Source of the DNA: Phyllosticta citribraziliensis | Lineage: Eukaryota | DNA: 64,000 nucleotides | Reading direction: 5' to 3' | Assembly: GCF_038025025.1 (NCBI RefSeq) | Contig: NW_027117339.1 | Span: 1,054,001 to 1,118,000 of the forward strand | Shown: piece by piece, positions 34,063 through 45,300 of the stretch | Layout of the letters: the number at the start of each line of letters is the position of its first letter | How positions within the stretch are numbered: the stretch's first letter is position 1 | Made by a program: the position numbers and the translations under genes | Notes under the pieces: generated by a model | Told to the model about the DNA's origin: nothing | The model's database searches: none | What the model saw: the letters and a program-made list of their open reading frames with translations, nothing else

Positions 34063-36269
34063 TCACCGATGCCCGATGAGCTCAAGACCCTCAAGCATAT
34101 CTACACCGCGCTCGTCTTCCACTTCTTCTTCTTCTTCTTCTTCTTCCTCCTCCTCTGCATCATCCTCATCCACACTGTCGTCGTCGCTTTCGTCCTCCGC
34201 CATGCGCTCCCTCTCATCATCTGAACCCCCAAGGAAACGACGGACAGGGGACAGTGAACGCACACGCTGTAGCATTTCAAATGGTGAAAAGGGCGACCCG
34301 TCTGCAGACGAAGGTCTTCTCGCTTCCCTCTCCCTTTCGCGTGCCTCGCGCTCTTCTCTTTCGGCGAGGAGGAAGTATGAGCCCGAAGACCGCCGGTCCG
34401 CGGGTCGCGGAACAGGAGCCAAGCAGGAGCGTTGTGGCGTTGGCGTTGCGGCCTGTTGTGCAGGGCTGTCTGGTCCCAAGTCATCGGGAGTCTCGTTTGC
34501 CGCCAGGAGACGGAGTTCGCTCGTGTTGAACGATTCGCAGTGAGCGCATTGGTTGCCGAGCCAGTGGTAAGCCGATATCGATTTGACGGAGCAGTCGTTG
34601 CAGTTGATGACAACTCTTGTATCGGAAAATTGGGCAGGCATCGGTTGGCTAACAACAGCGTCCTTGAGTTTACGCCATTGGAGCTCCATGTTGACGGCGC
34701 TCTTCTTGCACATGGGGCATTTGTAGTCGATTTGCATATATGCATCATAGCAGTCGCGGTGCATGTAGTGGCCGCATTTCATAGAAACTACGTCGGTAGA
34801 AGAGGTAAACATGTAGTCTTTGCAGATGGGGCAATCAGCATCGGTGGCGCGTTCGATACACCGATGGTCATCAGCATATTTGATACTAATGCAGACGTTG
34901 CATCTCTGAAGTTACGTCAGCTCACATCCCTCGACAGCCGGAACAGATTACTCACCTTGCAATGAATAAAGTCTTTGCCCAAACCTTCTCCACGCCGGCA
35001 GATACCGCAGTCAGGACAGTGGTATATGCTCCTTGTGCTATCATTGTCCCAAAGCTTGCAAATGTCGCAATAATGCCACGCTGCTCTGACTTGGCAATGT
35101 CTGCAAAACTCAGCTGCTGGCTGTGGCGTGGAGCAAAGCATGCACAGCATAGTCCTGGTCTTTCTGCGATTCAGGTGGTGGTCTTCTTGTTGGTCATGGC
35201 AATGTCGGCACGTGTGCCACCGGTGGCAATCAAAGCACTGGATCTTCACATTTCTCTTGTAATGCTTGCAGCCTAACGTTGGCTCCTCCTCTTCGTTTCC
35301 AGCACCGCCAGCGCTGGCGACGGGATCCACATGACTTTCGGCCGGGCAGAAGGTGGGTTCCAAGTCCTCTGGGGCCAAGTTATAGGGGTTCTCGATATCA
35401 AAGGAAGAGGACACAGACGCAGGCGAAGAGAGAGAAGCATCCACATCTGCAAAGGACGCGGCGGAGCTAGGAGTGAACGGGCGCTCGTGAGACTGGGTGC
35501 TGGATGGAGACCACGGCCACTGAACATGTCCCTGAGAGGCGCGGTACTTTTCCGTCATCAGGTTGTGCATGCGCTGGGCCTTTTCCTCGCTGGTCACCCT
35601 GAGCTTGCGGATGTCGTGTATTCTTTCCCGCAGCAGGCGCATGCCGTCGTCGGCAGGCAACGACTCGGGCATTATGACGGCACTCAAGGTGGTATTTGGA
35701 GAGGTATAGGAAGATCCACGGTCGGGGTTTCGGTGCATCTGGACGACTGTGCTTTCGTTGCCCCGCGGGGGGAGACCTGGGAGACCTGGGAGTCTCTCGT
35801 CCGTGGAGACAGCTGAGCGCATGGAATCGGTGATGTAGAGAGCGGACTGAGGCGTGTAGTCGTCCTCGAGGGTACAGTGGACGGCAGAGCAGGGAGGTGT
35901 TATCCTCGTTGGAGATTGCGTGAGGTTGGCATGACCATGGACGGCGGTGGACTTAGGAGGTTCCTCGGTGGATACGACGGTCGGCTCCTGAAGAGTGGCG
36001 ACGTCAGGATTATCGGTTGGCACGAACGCATCGCCAGCGACTGCAGAGAGACTGATGATGGAGCTGGAAGCAGAGACGTCGCTGGCAGAGGAACTGGGCG
36101 AGTGGCGGGTTGCTCGCTTTACAGCTGCGCGGTCGCTGACACGTGATGGCTGGGAAACAACTCCAGGGATGGCCGACAACGCAGGGCGTTCGACATGACT
36201 GGCGGCAGACAACGCGCGAGCTTGACGGACGACGGGCTCGAAGATGAAGGCTGAGATGAGGCTAGTCAT
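34063..36269 (-). CDS. CHY zinc-finger / RING-H2 E3 ligase (Pirh2/RCHY1-like); intron 34906-34955; probable 5'UTR intron 36297-36394
   Basis: GCKHYKRNVKIQC CHY finger, CPDCGICR, CPIC...CGHYMH...CPMC RING, C-terminal zinc ribbon, acidic tail. Confidence 0.88.
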
Positions 36270-37690
36270 GAGGAGGTGAAGATGCAGGCCAACCCTCTGT
36301 CGCAGCAAAGAAGGCGCCGTTAGGTTGGATTAAGAAGCTTCGGTCGAGACAGTCTGCCTGGTACCCCAACACACCCCCGGCTTCCTGCACTAACCTGTCC
36401 CGCTCCATTCCAGCCCAGCACCTAGGCTATTTGCCCAGCTGTCGCCTACCGTTGTCGGACCATTCTGCATGCGGAACCGGGATGCTCGAGCTCCAAGCCG
36501 GCCGACGTCGTCGCCGATGCTGATCGTATGGTAAACACGGCTCTTGACATGCAAACTTTTTGCAGCCCGTCTGGGCTGTCTGCCGCTGTCCTGCCATTTT
36601 GACAGCGGGTTTCGACTGCTGATCGTCGTGCCATTCTACATTCGCCCCGTCACAAGCTTGCCCGCTACGGACTAGGTCGACCTGTCAGCTCGAGGTAGTT
36701 CCACACGCCGTCTGTCGGTTTGCTTTTGTAGCTGAGACACTCTGTAAACGACGCGACTCACGGCGCATGATGAATGGCGGCCTTTCGCCACTGCAGGACA
36801 ATCTGGAGTATGTCAGTGAGAACCACCTATGCTTAATGCGGTAAGTGGATCAGCAGCGTCGCCCGGGTTTGGGTGGAGGGTGCCTCGGGTATCCGAAGTG
36901 GAACGCCGAGTCTTCCTCCCTTAGACACCCACCTGCAAATCTCAACTACATGCTCATCTCCCCTGCCTCTTGGCCGTCATCGTTGCTGCTTATGGATGTC
37001 GTGCTGGTCGTGCGCATCCGAAATGTTCAACTCAGACGTGCTGTAGTATGAAAACTTTTATCCATATCCCTATCGTACTGCTAGACTATGCCTCTTTCTA
37101 AAAAACTTTGTAGCTGGGCAAGAAAACGCATCGAAGTGGGAGGAAGAGAGAAGAGGGGAAAAAGAGAAAGGTCATAGCCTCGTCCGGTTGCCGAAAACAA
37201 AGCCAGCCCAGGTCGAGACAGGGCAAAACATTCGACCGCCCGGCGCGGAAGTCGATGCTGCTGCCTCTTAGGGAGCCTGCTCGTGTTTAGCTTGCCTGTG
37301 TTCAAGCTTACATTTCCTCCCCTCGTGGCCTCTTCTGGCTGCCATGACCCACAGTGTTGTTCATCTCGTGGGCTGTCTCAAACTCGTCATTGAACAGAAG
37401 AACTTTTGCGCGCCCGCCAATGCTGTAATGAAAAGAAAGCACAAAATAGCCATGCAGGGAAAAGGCCAAGCCCGTCATTGGCTTGTCAAGAAACGAAAAG
37501 TCTCGCAATCGGAGATGTGGGTGAGAAAAAAGAGACCAATGAGCAATGACGTCTAGCCATGCTCTGGAAAGGCTTCGCTAGCCCTAGTGACTGCCGGGGG
37601 GCCTCCAACAAGAAAACTTTTGAATGTGATGTGAGGCTTCGAGGAGGTGGCCTCGATACGATTGCCGAGTATCAAGAGAGTAGGGCGAAG

Positions 37691-39250
37691 TCAGTCAATG
37701 CGACGGGGAGTTGGGGAAGTAGGTGCAGTGATGGTCTTGTTGTCGTCTTCTGATTTTAGTTGGACGCTTGGCTGGTTGTGAGACTGCTTGAAAGGGTCAT
37801 CAGCCGGCTGGTACGAACCATTCATCCAGCCAGAGTTGGATTGCGCCATTGCCGCATTGGAGAGACCAAACAGTCCGGACAGGTCGTTTGGAAAGACAGA
37901 ATGGTGATTGTACGTGGGTAGCTGGTTCTGGTAAGAAAGGTTGCCGCCAAAGTAGTTGTGGTTGTGCTGGGGTGGGTAGTCGAAGTTGAATCCATCGTAG
38001 GGCTGCTGGAAGGGGTCGTTCTGCAACTTTCCAAAGTCGAAGTTGGTAGCATGGGTCTCATTTTGGATGGCCTGGTGCAGAGGCTGGTATTCGGCAGTCA
38101 ATGTGCTCAGAGCTGCCGGCTTGTTGAAGGACACCTCATCATTGTCTCTGAAGACGCCAAAGGTCTTCTTGCGGTTGCGTCTGTCGTGAGCCAAGTATTC
38201 CTGATAGTCCTGCTCGTCATCTTCGTACAAAGCCTGGGCGGCACGCTTCCTGGGCGAACGTCTGCGGCGGCGGTGAGTATTGGGATCAAGGTCCGCTAGA
38301 GCTGCACGATCCAAGAAGCCATGCTTGGGAGAAGCCTCGAGCTTGATAGGAGAGCTGTCAGTGACAGATCCAGAAATGGGCTTTTGTTTCTTGAAGGAGC
38401 CAAATGGCGTCCAGACCAGCTCGGTGGCTTCCACCTCCTGAGAGTTGTGCTCCAATTGCTCAACGACAGAAACGTCCTTCTTCTGGTTCCTCTTCCGCTT
38501 CATCTCTGGTGTTGCCGAGTCGAAAATGTCCATTCCCGGCCAGAAGACTCCCTTGAGCTTCGAGGCCTCACTGACCGTCATGTCATTATCCTGGTCCAGA
38601 CTGATGGGGATGCTGACATTGTGCAGAGATGGCGGCGTGGTTGTCCTCGAGATTGACTCCGACTTGTTTGTGAATATTTCGGAGCCATCATAGTCATGTC
38701 CGTACAGAGAGCTGTAGGCAGTAGTGTTGGTGAGGGGGCTTGGCCAAGACTGGACCTTGGGAACGAACGAAGGCGTGAACTGGCCACTGTATCCGGGAGG
38801 TGGAGTAGGGCTAGGCTCGTGTTTGATAAGCTGTTCGCCCAGGCGGGGGTCGAGTGCGTTGGCAGCCTTTCGGCGGAGCTGATCTTGGGGTGCGTTCGAT
38901 GTTTGCCTTGCCCGGGAGTCTGCAAAGGTCAGAAGTCTGAACGAAGAACAATGCTGGAGATAATGCTTACTCGCAGCTCGTGTGCGAGTCCTTTTCTTCT
39001 CCTTCAAGTTCATCCGTTCTGACATCAGATCCTCCACGCCCCATTCGGCATACCAGCGATCGTATGCTTCAATCTGCCTCTGACATTCGGCCTCACTTGT
39101 AGCCTTGACCTTGATTTTGTAGTAGTGTGACAAATGTCCCTTGGAGGCAACGTGGGTGAGAAGGTGGGAGACATCGCTGAAGTTTGGCTTCTTCGGGCAA
39201 ATGGAGCAGTGCAGAGGTATGCCGTTGGTCGGGAACGGAGAAGACGCCAT
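37691..39250 (-). CDS. Uncharacterised fungal protein with an N-terminal C2H2 (matrin/U1-like spacing) finger; probable in-frame intron 38920-38970
   Basis: CSIC-x14-H-x5-H (HVASKGH); block KLKGVFWPGMDIFDSATPEMKRKRNQKKD; basic NLS-like stretches. Confidence 0.75.
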   Translation of the reverse strand: MASSPFPTNGIPLHCSICPKKPNFSDVSHLLTHVASKGHLSHYYKIKVKATSEAECQRQIEAYDRWYAEWGVEDLMSERMNLKEKKRTRTRAASKHYLQHCSSFRLLTFADSRARQTSNAPQDQLRRKAANALDPRLGEQLIKHEPSPTPPPGYSGQFTPSFVPKVQSWPSPLTNTTAYSSLYGHDYDGSEIFTNKSESISRTTTPPSLHNVSIPISLDQDNDMTVSEASKLKGVFWPGMDIFDSATPEMKRKRNQKKDVSVVEQLEHNSQEVEATELVWTPFGSFKKQKPISGSVTDSSPIKLEASPKHGFLDRAALADLDPNTHRRRRRSPRKRAAQALYEDDEQDYQEYLAHDRRNRKKTFGVFRDNDEVSFNKPAALSTLTAEYQPLHQAIQNETHATNFDFGKLQNDPFQQPYDGFNFDYPPQHNHNYFGGNLSYQNQLPTYNHHSVFPNDLSGLFGLSNAAMAQSNSGWMNGSYQPADDPFKQSHNQPSVQLKSEDDNKTITAPTSPTPRRID

Positions 39251-40167
39251 GGTGAGGGTTTGGAACAAGGCTGGAAGCAACGAAGCAAATTGCTCGGGTG
39301 AAGGACCGACTGATCGAGCTGGCCGAGTAGCAGCGAGGAGCTGGGGGGGCTGGAGAAAGGAGCGGTCGGGATGGAGAGAGTGTGAGGTAGAGCAGAAAGA
39401 AGAGACGAGACGGCCGGAGGACGCTGAGGGTGAGGGTGACGTTCAGTCGACGTCCAGTGTCAGAGCAGGCTCGATTGAAATGAGTGAAGAAGGGACATGG
39501 TGGTTGCTTCCGTGGGGATGTGGAGTGAGAGGGAAAAGGATGCGAGTGAGCAGTTTACCTGCTCAGGACGCAGCGTCGGCCACGCGTGGTATGTACACCA
39601 CCCAACTACTCGACACCATGCCACCACGCCAATGACTACGCAAAAGCGAATTGCCCTTGTAGAGATTCACCGCTATGATGCACACAGTCATCGCATTTAA
39701 GCAAAGAGTGGTTGGTGTTCTAGAGGGTGAATCGTCCTTGTGCGCGCTGTCTGCACCGCCCAAATCTTGACATTCATGCATGCGCCGCGTCAACAACGCC
39801 TCATTTGAAATCGCAGACAACTAGAAACGATTTAGCAGAAGCCCCTTGTGAAGTGCGCAAAAAAGCGCATCAATAGGTAAAGGCGTTGAGGCTGTATTAC
39901 GTTTGCGATTTCATACTACCGTGTACAAATATGCATGTAGCTGAGGTGTTGCACCCTCGACTTAGTACTAGAAAAAGCCGAGCACCACAACAACAACTGC
40001 GTCTCTTTCCTCTTGCCTTGTATCCCACATCCTACGTCAAAGGGAAGTGGGTTATTAGACTGCAAGAGGTATGCTCTTTATCCACTATAGACCCGAGGCG
40101 ATGATGTAGTGATGTGCAAAAGACCAGCATGCTGGCTGGCATCACTGCGACTTCAATCTACCTCATT

Positions 40168-41395
40168 TCACCTTTGGACTTTGAGCACCCGCTGAGTTAC
40201 AGACTTTGGCATGCAGCTTTATCCTCCGTCAGCATTGAACGAGCTTTGCGGTGCTTGTTGCGTCGGTACTTACTACACGGGATCCACTTCCTGAAGACCC
40301 GGGTGCTTGACGAGACTGAGCCCCGCCAACGCAAAGACCGTATGGAATACGTCGACTGCATCGCCCGGTCTATCTGCGAAGCCACCCAGTTCCGGATCTT
40401 GGCACTTGAGAATGAAGTCGGCCAGCTTCTTGCCGTCGATCCAGTGCAGCCTGTCAATCATGGCCATTGCGCTCATCACCCACCAGCTGTAACACACGTC
40501 CTCGAGCTTCTCCGGCCTGCCGTTGAGGCCGCCATTCGGCAGTTGCCTCTCGCTCAACCATGCGCCCAACTTGTCTCTTTCTACCAGGTCCAGCCTGCCC
40601 GCGATCGCCAAGGCGCCCACGCAAGTAAAGACTTGTCCTGAATGACTCTCGGCTCCTGGGGAGGTGCCAAAGCCGCCATCAAAGTTGGCGCAAGCTTGCA
40701 CATGCGCGACCGCCTTGTCCACATCAACGGTATGCAGTAGACCGAGCAGCGAGAGCGCATTGAAGGCACCGTAGAGGAAGCGGGTGTCGGATTCTCCCCA
40801 TTCGTCGCCAAAAAAGGTGCCGGTGGTAGGATCTTGGAGATTCGCAATGACTGTCGAGACGGGGATTCGTCAGCAAGTCTGATTCCACGCAACAAAGCAG
40901 CTGACGGGTCAAATCAAGGTGCAGACGTACACTTTCCAATCTTCTCACGTCCTCCAGGCACCCTGGCCTCCAGATCCTCGAAAGCGTCCAGTGTTGCTAG
41001 AATCTGCACCGCCGACACGGTATACAGCATGTGCGCATCGTGACCCGGCGCTGCGCCAAATCCTCCGCTCTCAACCATGCAACTCAGCACAAAGTCAATC
41101 ACCTCGCTGCGGGGCAGGGCGTCGGGGGCGCCGAGGAGATGCAGCGCCGTCAGGCCCCAATACAGACCATTCAGGCGCAGGTGCTCTGTTAGCCAGTACT
41201 CTAGTTCATCTTTGCGCTGCATGTTGCGAATTCATCGGTTAGTTTGGACGGTTAGCTGGGGCAAAAGCCTCAAGTGACACGCACTGTGTCGAGGCTTTGG
41301 ATGTAAGCGACGTGCTTGTCGGCGTGGAGCTGAAGCTCTTCAGGTAATTGTTCACCCTTGGCGCCACCCCTCCCTGGCCCAGATACAAGCGACAT
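40168..41395 (-). CDS. BET2: Rab geranylgeranyltransferase (type II) beta subunit; introns 41217-41284, 40851-40930, 40217-40273
   Basis: [18 protein letters not shown]...[29 protein letters not shown] prenyltransferase repeats. Confidence 0.93.
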
Positions 41396-42334
41396 GATGT
41401 TCTAGGAGGAGCTGGTAGACGGACGTGGTGTAGACGTTGGTGGTTCTGTCGGGAGGGGTGTAAAGTTGACGTTGGCAAAGGACCGCGTTTGTGCTTCTGG
41501 TCGTGGGGCACGAGCTCCAAGTGACTCAGCCACGACCTAGCCACCAGCCTGGCCGAGTACAGCACTGCAGTGGCTCAGCTTCCCCTTGGTTGTCAACATC
41601 CGTCACTGACCGTCGCCTTGCTCTTAAATATTTTCGCGTTGGGTTAATTGTACAATTTATGCTTTCAAAGCTTGTCTCGATGATGCTCCGCTTCAGAAAT
41701 TTATGCTTGCAACTGCAAATTCCATGACGCTATTTAAGAAACCCACGAATGGTGTGGCTGCCATGCCAGCCCGTAAAGGACGCCGTCTACAGCCCGAAGT
41801 CCAAGTCTTCGCGACCGACCAGCCGACCTTGATGCCTCTTCAACCCGAATGATTGAAGCGATGAAAGTGAACCCGGCTCATGGAGAAAAGCCAAATGGAA
41901 AGGAAAAAATTATGCTGACAACCAATCCGTGCAGCTCGCCCACACTGTACGGAGGAGAATGAGTAGTTAAAATCGAAGCAGAATTGGGGAATCGCCTGCG
42001 TGTCGAGAGGGAAAGGAAATGAATCTCCGCCGAGGAGCGCAGATGCCAGACTTCTAGAATCCACCAAGAACCAAAACAGCTTTTTATACATTGCAGGAAT
42101 GGAATGATGTCCAATGCGCCTGGATCATGGACCTTCCGTCCATGATATGATGGGTTCCGTTTCCGTCCACAGATCCGTCTGAACTCCGACTCCGTGATGC
42201 CGAATGACCATGAGGGACCATGAACTATTGCCCAGTGACAAAAGAAAACTCGTGTCTTTGCGTAGTGGTATTACGGCGTAAACAGTCACTGGCAAGTGAT
42301 TGTTCCTGACAGTTCAAAACCAAGGAGCAGTGGC

Positions 42335-45300
42335 TTACTGCTCAGAGAGCGTCGCAAAATGTTTCTCCCAAATCCAACCAACGGTGCGATTGGGGTCGTC
42401 CTGGTTTCTAGCAAGCCAAAGCTCGCCTCTCATCGCGAGTACATCAAAAACCTGCACCAGTCTGTTAGCCAAAAATTCTGGTCGGCGCGAGTTTATCTCT
42501 TACCTCGCCAGGAACGTATACTAGATACGGAAATCCAGCTTCGCGGCGGTCGTGTGCAATATTGAATTCAAAAAGACTTGCGGCAAGGAACAAGACTTTA
42601 TCAGGCTTGGGGCCAACTTCCGTGTCCGTGTCATCACGAGGGTCGTGAGGAAAGTCCGACATGGGCATAGCGGACGAGAAAATGGACGATGTGCGTGTAT
42701 GCTGGGATACGGCAGTCTGTGTAGAGAAAGAAGACTGACCAGACGTCCGCCCCTGGTCCGCATTTTCTGAGCTTAGGCGCGGGCCAAAGCCTGTGTTGAG
42801 TGCATCTGCGTTGCGACCAGACGAAGTCGACGGTCTGGGAGAAAAGTGGCCGGCCGAAGTGACGGTGGGAAGAGCAAAGGAGTGGGGGGCCGAGTGATCA
42901 CGGCTCGACATAGTGGACCCTGTGCGTATCCGCCCGGGAGTTGACGATGTTGGCGATACCTGGTGAGGCTCTGACAGCAGCGGGGTCCCAAAATCGGGCA
43001 TCTGATTGTAGTTGCCACTGGTACGCTTGCTTTGGCCAGCTTCTGGAGAACCGACCACGATTGACTGGTCGCTTGCAATGGACTGGGTACGCCGCGAGCT
43101 CGAGAAAGTCGAAGGCCGTTTGATGGAAAAGTCGGAATCGGTCATGAATGTGGCAGCCGGGGAGAAGGTTGCCAACTCGCGGAGACTTCGCATTACCCCT
43201 TCTATCCGTTCCAACTCCTCTTGGACACGCTTGTAGTCTCTGTTGAAAATGTTCACGAGCTCTGCGTTGTCGTTACCGTGTTTCCCAACGTCCTCGCCAA
43301 CAGCTAGGATCTGACCAAGCTTGGTGGCAAAGACTTGGTACCATCGCCTCTGGGAGTCGATGAGGTTTCTTTGGCAATTCTCAATGAGCACTTTTGTCTT
43401 GGCGTAGAGAAGTGGAAGCTCGTCTTTGAGTGCACCATTGATGGCCACAAACTCGTCGGCCACCTCTTTTAATTTCTTCTCGACCGTCGTGCCGTTTTCC
43501 TTGGCGACTTTGAATTTTGCATATTCTGGAAGGCGCTTCTTGCGCTTTTGCATGAGCTTTTGCGGCTTCCCATGCAGCTCCCAGAGAATCTGAATGGGCT
43601 TGATGACCGACTTGCGAACTTCGTCTCTCTGATAACTGTTAGTTTCTTAAGCAAACGATAAGGGCAAGGAAACTTACGTGAGCAATCAATCCGTAAGCTG
43701 TGATCTCACGGATTACCATGACATATTGCCGCCACTTGCTCTCAATCTCCAAGTGTAACGGGAAACTGATGTCAAGCCAACCCTCCAGCTCGGTGGCAAC
43801 CACATTGTTTTGGTCAACAAGCTTTTGCAAATCTTCAAGGTATTTCTCCACGTCTCGCATGACGATTTGCAGCTGGAAGAAGTGACCTCCAAATTTTTGC
43901 GAAATGGCGTCGTACTCTGGATCATCGACAGCTTCGGCAAGACCGACTTGCTGCTTGATTTTTTCGGTTCGACGTCCGAATGCTTTCAACGAAAAAGCCA
44001 TTGAGCCTCCATCCGATTTCTCTCGCTTGCGAGTGACAATCTTCTCGACGATTTCTTTGCGACCCTTGGTCTCGTTGATGCGAGCGCTCATAGATCTCAT
44101 GCCATCAGATGCCGCTTTGAGGTTTTGGTAGTCGGGGTGGTCAGACGGTGTATCCTTCAAGATCGAGTCCAGAAGCATGGCGTATTTGAGAAACCTCTGG
44201 GTTGGTTTGACAATGAGGGCATCCAAGTCCCATGCTGAAGTGATGTCTGCCGCGTACTTGTGGCATTCTCCCAGCCAAATGTTGACTTGCTTGTTTTCCT
44301 GCATCTTCATCAGGCGGGTGTTGGCAGCGCCATGATTTTGAACGTAGACGCTGTACACGCGCTCCATGTCCGTGAGGTGCTCCATGAAAACTGCGCCGAT
44401 GCGGGTCTGTCTATCGGAACTGACGCTGACAGGGTCATCGTTGGTATCTGCAGAGCCTCCTGTTGCAACGCTGTTTTCTGTACCAACGCTCTGGCGCTCT
44501 TTCTCCTTTTCAGCCCAACGCCCGTGATGATTCATTTTGTAGATGCCCTCGGCTGCAGGACGAAGAGAGTCGAGAAATTGGAGAGAAAACTCGACCAATT
44601 CGGCAGTGTTTCCAAATAGAATCCGACGGTCCTCATCGGTGACTTCATGAATGGCAAAAGAAGTGCCCTTGTAAATGTCCTCGACGACTTTCATGTCTTG
44701 AAAGTAGTGGAGTTCAGTGTCGATGAGCTCCTTGACCACATATCTGCGACGTCGGAGGCTCTGCTCAACCTTCGGGTCCAGCTCTTCCAGAGTCTCGGAA
44801 GTTGTATCGATGGACTTCTTTCCTGGGGCACGTGAAGAGATCCTCTGTGTCAAGACACTTCCGCCAGACTCAGAGGTTCTGTCCGTGGACGTGCTCCGAG
44901 TGTACCCAGAATCGGCCTGTGCCACAGTGGGCGAGTCTGAAACAAACCGCCTGCTGCGTGCACTGGTGGACGCAGGGGAAGCCATGCCACCGAGTACTTC
45001 TTTCTTTCCTCTTGCGGACGGCGAGTGGACTTTCTCGGGACTGCGAGTTGTACTTGAATTTCTCGACTGCTTCCCATTTGTCGAGCGGCTTTCGAAGGAA
45101 AGGCCAAGACCATCTCTTGCGGGATTCTCCGGTAATGCCGATTGGAACGGGCTGGACAAGCGGGAGACCGTATCGAATGGAGTGATCGCGCCGCTGCTCG
45201 CGTGGGTTTCGACAGGGGGCCGGGGCAGAGGAGAGTAACGCCAGTCCTTGGGTGGAGGTGCGGGCGGCTCCATCGCATCTTGTGGGTCCGCATCAGACTC

